From assembly GCF_009914755.1 (NCBI RefSeq), contig NC_060939.1: a stretch of DNA of 64,000 bases; one strand, 5' to 3'. The notes below the pieces were generated by a model, which saw only the letters and a program-made list of their open reading frames with translations, had not been told where the DNA came from and did no database searches. This DNA is from the human T2T-CHM13v2.0 reference genome, Homo sapiens. Shown here piece after piece: positions 33,649 to 48,995 of this stretch. The position numbers and the translations under genes were made by a program. The stretch's first letter is position 1. Each line of letters begins with the position of its first letter.

Positions 33649-33738
33649 TGGTGATCGGGTTCCCAGACCTGTCTATAAAAGTGAATACACTGTGGGCTGG
33701 ATTTACTTTTATAGATAGGTCTGGGAACCCAGTCACCA
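33649..33738 (+). other. 90-nt near-perfect inverted repeat (pre-miRNA-like / MITE-like hairpin)
   Basis: 38-bp arms with 34/38 complementary, 14-nt loop. Confidence 0.9.
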
Positions 33739-34221
33739 TTTACAGAATGCATTTTGTGGGAAAACACGTTCATAGTTCAGCTTTCAAATGTTTGGAACGT
33801 AGCCTGCCTCTAGGTTGAGAACAGCATGCATTAGAATATTGAGCATCGAGGTGTTACAAGTCCTGAGTTTCAGTGCTGACTGAGAGGAGGGGTGAGGAGT
33901 AACATTTAGCAAGCAGCCACACGGACCCCATGCTGAGCTGACTGTCCTGCCTGCCCTCTCTCATCGCGTTCCAGCTTAGTTCTGTGAGGTCAGCAGGAGC
34001 ATCTTTGTTTTAATGCAGAGCAGTTGGAATGTTGGAGAGATTCATTAACTTTTCCAAGGGTATGCACCTAGCGAAAATAGAGATTTGAACCTCAGGTTCT
34101 TTCCAGAGAGGGTCAGAGCCAAATCTAAATCAAGTGGAGAAGTGAGCAGAGGAAGTGAGCAGAGGTTTCTATCCTGTCCCCAGCCTTATCTCTTTGTCCA
34201 TTGTGATAAAAAGAGCCTGTA

Positions 34222-34568
<347 letters not shown>

Positions 34569-34667
34569 CTAACTCGCTGGAGACAGTGTGACAAGGCAGG
34601 ATGACAGTGCCCTCCTACCTGTTCCTGCTCTTCTGTCCTCGGTGTTTGGATGCAAATTCTTACTATC

Positions 34668-35144
<477 letters not shown>

Positions 35145-35267
35145 TCAGCATGGGGGTTGCCTTTTCCTGCCCGGTCCCTCTCTCTGCCCCTTCTGCCTCA
35201 CAGCCTAGGGATCCACTGGACTCTTATTTCCTTTCACTCCAATCTGTTCCCAAGCCTGGATGAATCC

Positions 35268-35523
<256 letters not shown>

Positions 35524-36301
35524 TCTTAGTAGCTGGGATTTCTGCCCTCTGTGAGCCAGCCTCTGCCTGAGCTCCAGAGTATCCAGCCCGACCCAGGTGT
35601 GCCCAAATGATCCAGGCTTCCAAAATCAAAGAGGCTCCCCACATTGCCTTAGGTGGAGACCTTAGGCCTCTTCCCTGGGGTCTCAGCTGCTTCCCAGGCT
35701 TCAGCAGCAGACATGGGAAAGCTGTGCTCCAGATCGCTGGTGCTCAGACCTCCATGTATCGAACAAGCATTAACCCATTTCCTACCCCATATCAGTATTG
35801 TGTGATGTGCATGAGGGGAAATAAGATACAGTCTTGGTCTGGAGGACTTCCTAGTCAAGAAAGAGAGATAGAAGTTAACAAAGTATATTTTATGCATGAG
35901 GGATATACAAGGAGCTCGGGAGCGGAAATAAGTGAGCAGCTGAGTCTCCTTTGGGAGGGAGGGATTGGGGAAGGCTTCTCTGAAGAGGTGACATCTGAGC
36001 TAGGTGTCAAAGAAGAAGGAAGCATTTACCAGCTATCTAGGGGGTCAGTCAATCCCAGTGGTGGGAACTAAGTGGTGATATGGTATAAACAGGAAAAGTT
36101 TGGAATAGAGAACAAAGATGAGCTGAGTTTGAAAAGTCAGCTAGTTTCTTACTAAACTAAATGTATGAGCTTCTCTCTTTAATCAGATTGGGATTGGAAG
36201 CTCTCTTCTATACAAGTAATGGGTGATTGCTGGAAAGGTACTATGAGTGGACAGGCCTGGAAGTCAGACACTGTGAATCCTAAAGATTTGTTTTAACAAG
36301 G

Positions 36302-36653
36302 TGATAAGGTTTGGCTGTGTCCCCATCCAAATCTCAACTTGAATTGTATCTCCCAGAATTCCCATGTGTTGTGGAGGGACCCGGCAGGAGGTAATTTAAT
36401 GATGGGGGCTGGCCTTTTCCGTGCTGGTCTCATGATAGTTAATAAGTCTCATGAGATCTGATGGGTTTATTAGAGGTTTCCGCTTTTGCTTCTTCCTCAT
36501 TTTTCTCTTGCCACCACCATGTAAGAAGTGCCTTTCGCCTCCTGCCATGATTCGGAGGCCTACCCAGCCATGTGGAACTGTAAGTCCAATTAAACCTCTT
36601 TTTGTTCCCAGTTTCAAATGTCTTTATCAGCAGCTTTAAAATGAACTAATACA
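36302..36653 (+). mobile_element. THE1A solo LTR (MaLR)
   Basis: tgataaggtttggctgtgtcccc...ctaataca, ~352 bp, 5-bp TSD caagg/caagc. Confidence 0.9.
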
Positions 36654-37092
36654 CAAGCCATATGTTCAGAACTTTGGAAGCTCAGAGGGCCTAAAATTGC
36701 ACATGTGTGTATGCAAGTCCAGGGGATGCAGATTGTATTTCCAAAGAGTCCTGTTAAGTGGAGAACATTCTCCCTTGAATTATTGAGCAGAAGACTCCCC
36801 CAACTCCATCACCCCAAGATCTGCTAGTTCAACGCCCTCCATTTAAAGACGGTAGCTACTGTTATACCCATTCTACAGATGAGGAAACCAAGACCCAAAG
36901 AAGCTAAGAAACTTGCCCAAGGTCTGCGAAAGTGACAGAAAGGGACTTGTGTCTGTGTTTTTGTTAACTATGCACATCGATTTGACTGAGAGACATAGCA
37001 CAGTTTTTCGCTGGTGACCGTTTCAGCATCTGCTAACCATGAAAGTCAGGACATGCATCATCCATCCTACCTCACTGTTGCTTCTTTTCCAG

Positions 37093-37176
37093 CAAAAGTT
37101 CAGTTTTGTTTGTTTTGAATTTTTAAAATCACAACCAGAATGTCCTTGAGGTATTCCTTGTTTGTGTTTTTATCTT
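37093..37176 (+). pseudogene. Exon remnant (QKFSFVCFEFLKSQPECP*GIPCLCFYL), phase 0>0
   Basis: gcttcttttccag acceptor, CTT|gtgagt donor, 84 nt. Confidence 0.6.
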
Positions 37177-37395
37177 GTGAGTATTTGTTTCATCCTTTAT
37201 TAAAAACATGTCTTTAGAGGAATCACTGTCTGTGGTGGTTGAGTGAAATGTTGGGGCGACTTCTATTTTGCTGATGGGTTTGAGGGGAGAGTGGCCTTCC
37301 ACAAATGACACAGTGTGTGTCACCCTTCTGTGGGTAGGAACGCAGTCAGATTGTGACATTGTTGTGGTTTTCTCTCTTTCTTCTTCTTCTCCAAG

Positions 37396-37514
37396 TACAA
37401 ACACAAGATAATTATCCAAAGGCCTTTTTTTTATGAAAGTCTTCCACCACATTCCAGAAGTGGCCATCTGTTTTTCTGATGCACTAAATGCATCAGTGCA
37501 TCATCTTCCAGAAG
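37396..37514 (+). pseudogene. Exon remnant (...MKVFHHIPEVAICFSDALNASVHHLPE), frameshift in T8 run
   Basis: Long pyrimidine tract + ccaag acceptor; resembles recalled GREB1 LPWLASLAASSCNDSVHVI. Confidence 0.6.
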
Positions 37515-38267
37515 GTTCTGTGAAAGCTTATTGCTAAGAGTTTTGTATTTTATAAACTGAGTTGCCATTCAGATTGTCCATAGTATCAACCTAACACTGG
37601 CTCCATGGGGACAGAATAAGATATTAGTTCTATCTAGTTACTCCAGATTGAGTCACTTGTGGGAACTCTTTGAATTCTAAAGTTTCCTGGTGTGGACAGG
37701 GTCTAGGTTGATCCTAAAGACAAAAATCTTTAGGCTCAATTGGGCCAAATTGTTAATGATAGAACCACCTTCTGTTTGTTTCCCCTTCTACATGGTAGGG
37801 TTAGAATCCTGCAGGCCTCCTGGCTGGGGAGCGCAGCTCTGTTTTGGAGACAGCAGAAGCATGTAGCAGCAGAGGGAGGTGGAAGAGTGGCAGTGGTTTG
37901 TCGGGCCCCTAGGTGACCCTGGTTCTCCTGGCTTGGAATGCTGTTGTTTAAGAGCAGCAGCCAAAGAGGGCATGTGGGGAAGAAGGAAAGCAGCCAAGGA
38001 ACATTGAAGCCACAAGCTTTAGGGAACAGGGCTGGGTGAGGCAAAGGGGAGCTCTTGCTAAACCAAAATATTTAACTAGATTTCACTTTTTTCTGTCAGT
38101 CCAAATTCTTTGTTTGAAAGTTTCACTTTGAAGTTGTTTCTTTTCTTATTGTTCCAAAAAATACTGTTGTTTTAATCTTGTTTCTGGGTGGGGCCATTGA
38201 CCATTTAGATTATTTCTAAATTATAGCATTAAATGTCTCAAATTCTTGGGGACGTTTTCTGTCACAG

Positions 38268-38319
38268 GCCTTCCTTGGTGCTACCCGGAATCTCCTGTCT
38301 CAAGTAGGCAAGAATATGT
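38268..38319 (+). pseudogene. Exon remnant (GLPWCYPESPVSSRQEYV), phase 1>2
   Basis: gttttctgtcacag acceptor, GT|gtaaga donor; bridges phases of both neighbours. Confidence 0.55.
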
Positions 38320-39666
38320 GTAAGAACAGCCTGGCTGAAACTGACAATTGGACTCTTTAGCAATTGATATGTATTATACCTTGCAAATTTTCAGAGATTC
38401 AGAAAGTTGCTAAATAGGTACAGGCACGTGCACACACACACACCCACAGATATATGTGTGTATATATACCAAAATACACATGTGGTAACATATACATGCA
38501 GCTCTTCTAGACTTCTTTACAGAGTGTTTATGCCAGCTATTTCTATAGACAACATACGTTATAAAAGGCATAATAACAGAGGTCATTTTAAGGATCATTA
38601 GACTTTTAAAGAAATAGCTTTTTACCAAAAATCGTGTATACAAAGAAAGCACTTTTAATACTTTGTTTGGAAGAACAGGAGGAGAAGACTCCTGGTCAAA
38701 CCACCTAGTTCTGATGACTTAGTTTCTCCTGCATATGTCCCACCCCCAAGTATTGGATGACACTGACGAATTTTTAACAAGCTCAACGCCTTATGTGAGA
38801 AGTGTCTCTTCCCTCTTTGGCCTCCTAGGGTGGGAAAGCAGATCCCTTCTCGTCCCCAGGCGTGGCTTCCAAGATACCAGGGCCCTGCGATGTGTGTCTC
38901 ATCAGGGAACACCTCTGTGTCAGCCCCAAAGGAAGTGAGTTCAGACGCTCCCTGGAATTGCTTTTCATTTCTCCCTCAGATATTTAGTGAGCGCCAGACA
39001 TTTAGTGGGCTCTTACTATGGTCCCAATCCTGTGCTGGGCCCTAGGATCACCCAGATGAATAAGTCATGGTTCAGGCCTTCAAGGTGCTCCCAGGCTTTC
39101 AGGGGAACAAGAAGTGTTCCTAGTGCAGGCTAAGCTGAGCAAAGAGGACCGGTCGAGAGATGGAAGCCAGGCTATCTTGGTGGGCAGAGCCCTGGGGGTT
39201 AGGAAAGGCTTCGCCGAGCCAGTTTTAAAGTTAGACCTTGAAAGACTGCTAAGAATTGGTCAGGAAGATGAGCAAGAAGACCCTTCCAGGCCAAGGTAGC
39301 AAGAGCAAGTACTAAGGGCAGAAGGTATCCAGCCCATGATACATTTGAAGAGTGCTAGTTTGACTAGAGTGGCGACATCATGACATTTTAAAAGTCAAAC
39401 GGGACCCATCCCTGAGGCCATGAGTTTGACCTTTTGACTATAGGCATTGATGGGTACTGAGACAAGGAAGGCCAGGAGGTATACGTGATATCAAGTATAA
39501 ATATGCTAGAGGATTCATTGTAAAGGCCAGGAGTTGACTGAAGAGTGGGGAGAAGGGTCCACCGTTTTGCAGACGTCATTTCTCCATTCCCTGCTACACT
39601 CTCTTTGTGCCCCACCCTGTGCTTTGGGCTGGAATCTTCCACAGTTCTTCCTGTTTCTCTTAGGTG

Positions 39667-39973
39667 TTTTTTGTTTGTTTGTTTTGTTTTTTTGTTTTGA
39701 GACAGGGTCTCACTCTGTCACCCAGTGTGTAGTGCGAGAACATAGCTCAATGCAGCCTCAATCTCCTGGGCTCAGGTGATCCTCCTGCCACAGCCTCCCT
39801 ACTAGCTGGGACTACAGGCACATACCACCCCACCCAGCTAATTTTTGTATTTTTTGTAGAGACAGGGTTTCGCCCTGTTGCCCAGGCTGGTCTCGAACTC
39901 CTGGGCTCAAGCAACCCTCCCACCTCCACCTCCCAAAGTGCTGGGATTACAAGTTGAGCCACCGCATCTGACC
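39667..39973 (-). mobile_element. AluJ
   Basis: Antisense dimer with (GTTT)n tail. Confidence 0.88.
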
Positions 39974-40360
39974 GGAACTTATTTTTTAAAGATTGACAAA
40001 GGCATGTGTCACTTATGTTAGGAACACCCCAGCTTAAGTCCTGCCCACTTTATGACAACTTTTTCAACTAATCCGATTTGCTCCGACCTTTTTTCCCCCT
40101 CTGAACTCCACTTGCACTACTGTCAGTATTTAAAGGTAGGACCACTTGACAAACCTTAGTAAAACCATAAATGTTACTGGGTACAAGAATTTCATGTGGC
40201 TTAGTTCTGTCTCCCAAGCTAAATTGTAAATCTTTGAGACTATGTTTTATATTTCTTTTGAATCCAATCTGTTGTCTCTAGCATGGTGTAATGCTGGTTA
40301 CACAGTATATACAAGATAAATATTTGATTGATTTGCTGTATTTTTTTTCCATCCAAGTAG

Positions 40361-40686
40361 AAATATGGATGCTTGTCCCCTGCGGAGAGTCCAAGTCCTC
40401 TGAGCTGACATCATACACAGAGCCCACTTCCTATCTAACTATTTTTTCACATTGTCACATACTCATGAGCCCCTGATATGCCAGGCCCTGTTCATCCACA
40501 TCATAATGCTTTCTCTTCACTCCTAGATTTAAGGTTCAAACCCAGGCAAACTGTTGTTCTGGCCAGACCTTAACCACCTGTGAGGTCATAGAAATGCTAT
40601 GGAGTATCTCAAGGGTAGAAAGGCCCTTAAACCAGGAATGCTGCCCAAATACTAACGCAGGCTAATTACATGCCATCAAGCCCGTG
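40361..40686 (+). pseudogene. Exon remnant (NMDACPLRRVQVL*ADIIHRAHFLSNYFF...)
   Basis: ttttttttccatccaagtag acceptor (NAGNAG), G|gtatgt donor; about 5 stops. Confidence 0.5.
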
Positions 40687-41787
40687 GTATGTGCTCCCCT
40701 GGCAAGGCCCTGCTCCATTTTCTTCATAAAACCTGATGAGGAGCATTTTATAAAGTAAGAGCTGTTCCCTTCTGCCGCTCAGCCGCTCCAGTGGACTCTG
40801 GCAGTGGGCCAGGAGGAATGTGTGTGCATTCAAGGGCAAATGTCATCTCTCTGCATTGTGTGGAGAGGCCCACTTTGAGCCGAAAGACTGGGAGCCGCAT
40901 AAAGCCCCAATGTCTTCCCCACAATGCCCCCCGGTATGGGAAGCTCCTTTCCAGCTGCAGAGCCACAAATCTTCTCACCAAGAGACACTTTGGCTCTCTG
41001 TTTGACCATAAGCTCTCACATCTCAAATTCTAAAACATCCAGGCGTGGTTAGTGTCTTCTTTCTGTTATGACTCCATCTGGTGAAAGCCTATTTCACTTT
41101 CCTTCCAAAGTGACTGATTTTGGGCAGCCAAAGTGTTTCTTTTTTAAGACTAAAACAGCAATTAAGATTCTGCAGCATTCCGTGGGGAAATGCTACTAAT
41201 TAGCTACAGTCAATACTGTGGATTAGTGTTCTGTGCAAGACTTACTCACACAGAAAGCTCTGTATTTCAAAGTCTTGCTCTCCTCCTGGAGTACCTGCCT
41301 TCTAGTCTTTGAATGGTCAAATCTTACCATCTTTACTAGCTCAGGTACATCTCCTCCAGGAAACCTTCTGTGATTTCTGCTATACTCCCCTTCTGAATTC
41401 CCGTAGGTTTTGTTTGCTCTTCTCTTAGAATTCTTGTCATTGTCTTCTTTGTCTTAATACATGACCTTTACTCTTCTGTAAGATCCTTGAGGGAAGAATC
41501 TGTGTCTGAATCATCATAAGCCCCACAGTACCTGGTATAATGGCTTACACATATGAGGCACTTTCTAAATATCTGGAGTAGAAAAAGAATGATTGGGAAT
41601 TATTAATCACACCCAACCATTTTCAGTGACCCCCAAAACTGGTTCATGTTATGCAGTGATGATGATGACAATGACAATTAAAGTAGTAACAACAGCCATC
41701 ATTAACTGAACACTCATTACATTCTAGACACTACATTCTGCATTTCACCTGCATTATCTCAGTTAATACCCTATTATCATGCCTGTC

Positions 41788-42103
41788 TTTTTTTTTTTCT
41801 TTTCTTTTTTTTTTTTGAGACAGAGTCTTGCTCTGTCACCTAGGCTGGACTGGAGTGCTGTGGCGCAATCTCAGCTCACTGAAACCTCCACCTCCCGGGT
41901 TCAAACGATTCACCTGCCTCAGCCTCCTGAGTAGCTGGGATTACAGGCACGCACCACCATGCCTGGCTAATTTTTGTATTTTTAGTAGATAGGAGATTTC
42001 ACCATGTTGGTCAGGCTGGTCTCAAACTCCTAACCCCAGGTGATCCACCCGTCTTGGCCTCCTGAAGTGCTGGCATTACAGGCATGAGCCACTGTACCCA
42101 ACC
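41788..42103 (-). mobile_element. AluS inside a MIR
   Basis: TSD tatcatgcctRtctt. Confidence 0.92.
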
Positions 42104-42706
42104 TATCATGCCTATCTTAAAGATGAGGAAACTTGGTTTTGGTGAGAATAAATAACTTGCCCAACAACCAGTGAGATAATTAAATGATAAAATGAGTGCA
42201 TGTTGGAAGCGAGATTTGAGTCCAGGCTCATGTGATGACAGAGCAAGAGCCATTACCATTCTGTTCTACTAAAGACTATCATTTAACACTTCCTGCTGTG
42301 TGTGAGAGCAGATCCTCTCCCTTTATTGCCTCAATGATTGGCTGGGGGTAGTGGGGAGAATTGATGCATTTATGAAATCAGCCTAGAATGGAAGCCTTTA
42401 GCAGCTAGAGAAAGCACTCCAGGATAGCTACTCTCACACCACTCCAGGGGTTGCTCCCTTATGGCCTCCATGGAGCTTCCAAGACAAGGGGGCAGAAAAC
42501 TGGGTGAACATGTCCAGGCTGCCGGACTTTGCAAGGCACTGTCATGGGCCTGCCAAGACTCTGCTCCTGTTGGCCGCTTTATAAATGACTGTAATTGCAC
42601 CAGTCTTTGGTGAAAGACTTTGAACTTAATAAAAATGTCAAACTCATTAAGAGCGTTTTCAAGACCAAATAAACTCTGAAGAGGCTGTAATCTTTGATGA
42701 CTTCAG

Positions 42707-42794
42707 ATTTGTGAATCACAAGGACGTGGAAAAAATCTAGCTGCCCTGTACAGAGCTACTGAAATGTCACTATTTATTGCTTCAGCGTCATCTG
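42707..42794 (+). pseudogene. Possible exon remnant (FVNHKDVEKI*LPCTELLKCHYLLLQRHL)
   Basis: gacttcag acceptor, CTG|gtaatg donor; phase link upstream unresolved. Confidence 0.4.
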
Positions 42795-43328
42795 GTAATG
42801 GAAGTTTGGTTGCGAGATCAGAAATCTCTCCTGAAAATATCATAGCACTCTTTTTCTTTACTGTGTCAAAGCAGCTGTGTGCGTGAGCAGCTCTGTATGT
42901 GCCACAAAGCAGTATCTAGAATAAACACAAGTTTGATTAGCCTGGAGTCATGTCCAGAATCTCATTATATTGGAAATGTTTAAAGTTAGACTGAAAGGGC
43001 TTTTTTTCTCTTCAGGGTAGCTTAGGAAAACCATGTGAAAAGCAGCATTATTCTGGAGAAGACTTCACATGATGTAGGAGGTGGGATTTCAGCTGGATCT
43101 TAAATGTTGGGTTTGGAGTGGCAGAGTTCTAGGAGACAGAAAATGAGTTGTGGGTAAGAACAGACAGGAGGGGTGAGGACAGTAATAAAGAACAGGGGTG
43201 GTCTGGAGCTAAAGGTCTTTGTACTTGAGACACTGAAGGAGCCAAAAAATAATTAATATACTGTTAGCAACTTATTATAGTCCTCTTAGATGCTAAATTA
43301 TGATGTAGACATTTTGAAAAATGGTCTC

Positions 43329-43640
<312 letters not shown>

Positions 43641-43724
43641 AAAAACGGTCTCTATCCCCACAGCAATCCTATAAGGTAAATGTTACGTTCAGTTTACAGA
43701 CCACTAAAACCAAGGCTCCTGCAA

Positions 43725-43945
43725 GCCTGTACAGGCAGAAGGCAGATTGGTGGCTGCCAGGGGCTGGGAGTAGAAGGGAATGGGCAGTGACTGCTAATGG
43801 TTATGGTTATGGGGTTTCTTTTTTGGGGTGATGAGGTATTCCAGAATTGGATAGTTTTGACTGTTGTACCACTTTGTGAATATACTACTGAGTTGTACAT
43901 TTTAAAAGGATAACTTGTCTGGTATATGAATTATATCTCAAATAA
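43725..43945 (+). mobile_element. L1MB 3' UTR fragment inserted in a MIR
   Basis: gtggctgccaggggctggg...ggggtttcttttttggggtgatga...gaattatatctcaa. Confidence 0.8.
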
Positions 43946-44201
43946 GGAGGGGAAAAAACATAAGGCTCAAAGAGATCAAGTGACATTCCCAAGCTTATGT
44001 AGCCAGTGGTGAGAAGGCAAACTGGGGTTTGAACCCAGGGCTTTCTGGCTCTAAAGCTTGTGCTCTTTCCCCGCTATGTTGCCTCTGTCCTTTCAGGACC
44101 TGTGAGGGCTTAGCGGTGAGGTTGGCTACAAACTTTTGGTCAAAGAATAAAATGCATTTTTGCTACAAATGCAATGATGTCTGACAGGTACAATGTAGAA
44201 C

Positions 44202-44533
44202 TGATGTAGAGCTTTGCTCCTTGGTTCAGCTAAAACCAGGTTTTTGTCACACCACCAGGAATGATTAGGAACACAGACACATTGAAGGGTGAGGGGAATG
44301 GAATTTACTGGGCAAAAAGAAAAAAAACTCTCTGCAAAGCAAGAGGGGATCCTGCTAATGGGCCCCCACCGCACAGATTGAACACCAGGTCACCACACAG
44401 GAACTAAAGAAGCCAGGCTCCTTTCCCTGCACACAGCACGAACTTCCCGTGGCTCCACCCCGTTCTCCCAGTGCAGAGGTGGGTCAGAGATTCTCCAGGG
44501 ACCCTCCCCTTTATCTGCCTCCTGCATCTATCA
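44202..44533 (-). mobile_element. ERV1 solo LTR (MER61A-like)
   Basis: TG...CA termini, 332 bp, exact 4-bp TSD gaac. Confidence 0.75.
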
Positions 44534-45949
44534 GAACCAAGTGGGTCATGAGATGCGTAGTTAAGTTTTGAGTGGAAGGTTACTCCCAAGACACTGGCTT
44601 TGAAGAGAGCAAGACCAAATCTGCACCCCGCCATGGTCAGGAGGGGAATCCTAATATGGAGGCTCCCATAGGTTCAGGGACTGGCTGAGCAAGCCGATGG
44701 GATTTTTGGTGCCTGAAGCTGGTGGGCTGTGACAGGTAGGGTCTTTGGAAGGGGGCCAGATTATGAATGGCTTGAAATGTCTCTCCCTCTGGTGGGAGAA
44801 TTTGAATTTGACGCAGTGGGCATGGGCCATGGTGCATTAGGAAGACAATTGCTGTTATTGGAAGGTTCTTCTGGCAGTATATAAAGGGTGGGTTAGGCTG
44901 AAGAAAGAGTGGTCAGAGAGGCTAGCTGTGGTCATCCAGGCATGAGTTAAGGAGAATTCAGTCCAAGGTTTTAGTAATGGAAATGGAGAGAAGAACTGAA
45001 TATGGGCAAGAATTAGAAGAAAGAAAAAATAGCCTTGGCCACAGATGAAGGAGAGAAAAGAGGTATAGAACACTCTTAAGTTGCTCTCCTTTTTAACTTT
45101 GGGTTTTCTAAGACTAGAAACATGAAAGTGCTGAAGATGGGCATGAAAAATAATGGAGAGGAAAACCATGGGGATAGTGAAGATAATGAAATAAGTTTGG
45201 GCCCTAATGAGTTTGGGGTGGTGACATGAAGATTTAGTAAAAGTTTTGCTAGTGTTCTGCCCAGACCCTCAGCCCAGACAGGTGCAGCCTTTTTCTTCCT
45301 CCCACTTTAGGAAGGCAAGGTCTGATTGATGTGCCAATGAGAAATATGAAAGTGTAAGAACACTAGAAATTCAATGCATTTTTATAACACTTTGTAATTT
45401 ACAGATTGTTTTGCCATCTTTTATTCTATTTATTGTCACACAGTTTTATCGTAATCCTTCCACAATGGTTACTTTACCCTACATGAAACCATATAGTTGG
45501 ACTTACTATGGCATTTTATTCAGCAGTTTGAGAATTTCAGACCAAATGTATTTAAATCCAAGAGATGACCTCAGATGAGTGACACAGGGAATTCAAGAGG
45601 AAGAATTAGAAAGGCCTAGGATATTCTAATGCAAGGTAAGACACCCACACAAGTACCTGGTGAAATGTGTATTATCTATATCAAATCAGCAAATGCCTCA
45701 TTTAAACTTAGAGGAGCCCAAGGAAAGTTCTAGCAAGCAAGGGCTAGGAAATGTATATGTATCATTCAATGTCAGTTATTTACTGTTTTAAGTTATACAA
45801 AATGTCACTTGTAATATGCAAGCCAGAAGACTGTGGAGTGTCATCTTTGAAGTGCCAAAAGTGAAAACAAAAACAAAAACAAACAAAAAACCTGTCAACA
45901 TAGAATTCTATATCCAGTGAAAATACTCTTTATCAACAATGGCAGAAGA

Positions 45950-47215
45950 AATGCTATGGAGAAAAATAAAGCAATAAAGGTCAGTAGGAAATGATTGGGG
46001 AGTGGGTTCTCAGTTTTAAGTAGAATGGTAGAGGAAGACCTTTTTGGGAAGGCAGTATTTGCTCCGAGACCCAAAGGAGGTAAGGTGGTTGCCATGTAAA
46101 CAAAGGGGAGAACATTCCAGGTAGAGGAAATAACAAGCAGAAAGACCCAAGAAAGGTGCATCTCTTACATGTTTAAGAAACAACAAGGTGACCAGCGTCA
46201 CTGGAACAGAAGGATCAAGGAAGAGAAGATAAGGAGATAATGTCCTGAAGTTGACAGGGACCAGACCGTGCAGGGCATTATAGGAAGAATAAGTATATAT
46301 TTTGTTTGCCTGGGACCATCCACATTTATACCTACTGTCCTAATATTATTATCAAAACGTCCTGGTTTGGATGAGAAACTTCAGAGTCGTTCTAAGTATA
46401 GGTCATGTAAAGACTTTGGCCTCTAGGTGGATTGAGATGGGAGCCCCTGAGGGGTTTCACCCAGAGCTCTGGCTCTAATATGATCATTCTGACTGCCGTG
46501 TGGGGAACAGACAATAAGTGGACAGAACAGAAGAAGAAGTGCCCATTACTAACTACTGAACAAACCCAAGTGAGGGGGAAGGTGGCTTGGACCACATGGC
46601 AGCAGTGGCAGTGGTGGGATAACAGCAAACCTTCAGCCTGAACAGGGGGAAGGATGAAGTAGCCAGCAGCTGTGATGGGGAAGACTGGGAAGAACGGCTT
46701 TGGGAGGAAAGATCGAGAACTAGATTTTAGACTGTAAAGTTTCTAGGGCCTTTTGGACACCTAAGTAAAGATGTCAGAGAGCCAGTGAGTGTAAAAGTCT
46801 GAGGTTTGGGAGAGCTTCAGGTTGGAGATGTAAATGTAGTATTCAATGCCAAGAGGCAAGATGAGATTACCAAGTGTAGACAGAGGAGAGATGGAGGTCA
46901 AAGAACTGAGCCCTGGGATGCTCCGATGCTTGAAGTCTGAGAAATGGGGAGGAAGGCACAGGAGACTGAGAAGTAGCAACCAGAGACAGAGAGACAAAAC
47001 CAACGGAGTGAGCTGTGCCTGAGGCTACTTGAAGAAAGTATTTGAAGCAGGGAGGAGTCATCACCTGGGCCAAGTGTTCTGTTAGGTCAGGGAAAATAAG
47101 GACTCATCATTGGCCATCAGATTTAGTGATTTGGCATCACTGGTAACCTTGACAAAGGAAATGTCTTCATGTAGTGAGGGCAGAAGCTTGACTCTGGGTA
47201 GTTGAAGAGAAAATA
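45950..47215 (-). mobile_element. L2 fragment (~1.2 kb) with an internal MER94-like hAT element at ~46285-46395
   Basis: Typical L2 text (aagaactgagccctggg, ttggacacctaagt); gtttgcctgggac...cgtcctggtttggatga for MER94. Confidence 0.7.
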
Positions 47216-47561
47216 CTGTCTCTGTTTTTGTTTTTGTTTTTTGGTTACTTTTTTGTTGTTTTTCTGCTCTCCCTCTTCTTGGTTCTTGCGAAGAGCAAAA
47301 GACAAAGGTGATTCCTCCAAGAAACCTCTTCTAAACTACTTTGTGCAGTGGCAGGGCAGAGAGACCACATAAGTTGTATTATTTTCTGTTGTTGGTGTCT
47401 GGCTCCTTTTGGGGGTAGGAGTATTTTGCAGCAGTGTGATAATTAATTTTTTATTCCTTGTCACTTAGGCTTCTATGGCAAAGTGAATGCAGTTTGGAGG
47501 CACAAACTCCAGCAAGGAGGCAGGATAAACTGCTCAGAGGAATAAGACCTCCCAGAAATAA

Positions 47562-47980
<419 letters not shown>

Positions 47981-48995
47981 TGACAGCTTGGCTTTAGGGA
48001 TGCATGAGTGGAATACTCTGAAGATTTTGGAGAAACCAAAAGCTCAGCAATGCTCCAACAGAAGTGTATTGGTAGGAAAAGATGGGCCAGCTGGGGGCCA
48101 CATGGTAAGTTCCATTTGGGGCCTTTGAAGGAGATACAAACGGAGATACAGTATCAGAGATGCTCTGACACTGGCTGACACCAGAGAGCCGTTATGCCTA
48201 AATATGGATCCAGGAGTCTCTGACCAGAAGTGGTGGAGGAACTCGTGTTTCACAGGAGAGGTGGAATTTTAGGAGCTTCTCCAGAGGTTGGGGAAAGACA
48301 GCTTGGCTGTCTTGAGAATAAGTGGTAATGAGGAAGATCACAGGCAGATGGTCCAGCTTGCAAAAATGCTCAAAGGCAAGAATGGATGGCATTTGTAAAT
48401 GACAAGGAGCCTGAGAGGTGACCATGGTAAGTTAAGATGTTAACATAGGAAAGTCTCCTGTACTCCTTTGACGAACTGCCAAGGCCCAAGTATCATGCCC
48501 AACACTTGAGGATTCAAAGGTGAGAAAGGTATGTTGTCCACACTTGAAGTAGTTCCCTGTCATTCCGGTGAAACAGACGTGTGTGGTCATCACAGCACAA
48601 AGCATGATAAGGATTATAATTGGGGAATGAGGAGGGTGCTCAGGAAAGCACCGGTGTGGCAGAGCCTTACCCAACCCCCAGTCACAACGGAGGTGTGGCC
48701 TTAGAGCCGTACTGAGTAGGGCTTAATGAGGCGTGGGTATGGGGCACCTATGATGTTTTCCAGGTGGACAAACATGAGGGCATGTGGAAGGGCATGAGAG
48801 GTCCTGGGAGGTAGGAGTTCAGAATTAAGGAAGTGCCTAGAATCTGGAGGAGAGCAAGAAGTGAGTAGAGTGTGCTCAGGGAGAGGAGGACAGGACTCAT
48901 GTGTTATGTGCCTGCTGTCTAACAGTCTCTTTGCCAAGGTTTTCATATTGTTTCAGTGTAGTTGTGATCTTTCCATTTTAAAAAATATATACTTA

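Noticed and set aside
33136-33818. Cluster of overlapping ORFs on both strands
   Set aside because: No recognisable domains, and part of the symmetry is caused by the hairpin. A pseudo-exon near 33190-33590 is possible but its boundaries could not be fixed.
36302-36653. PRDM9 hotspot motif and DUX4 site within THE1A
   Set aside because: The site reads CCTACCCAGCCAT rather than CCTCCCTAGCCAC, and the DUX4-like site reads TAATTTAATGA rather than TAAYYYAATCA.
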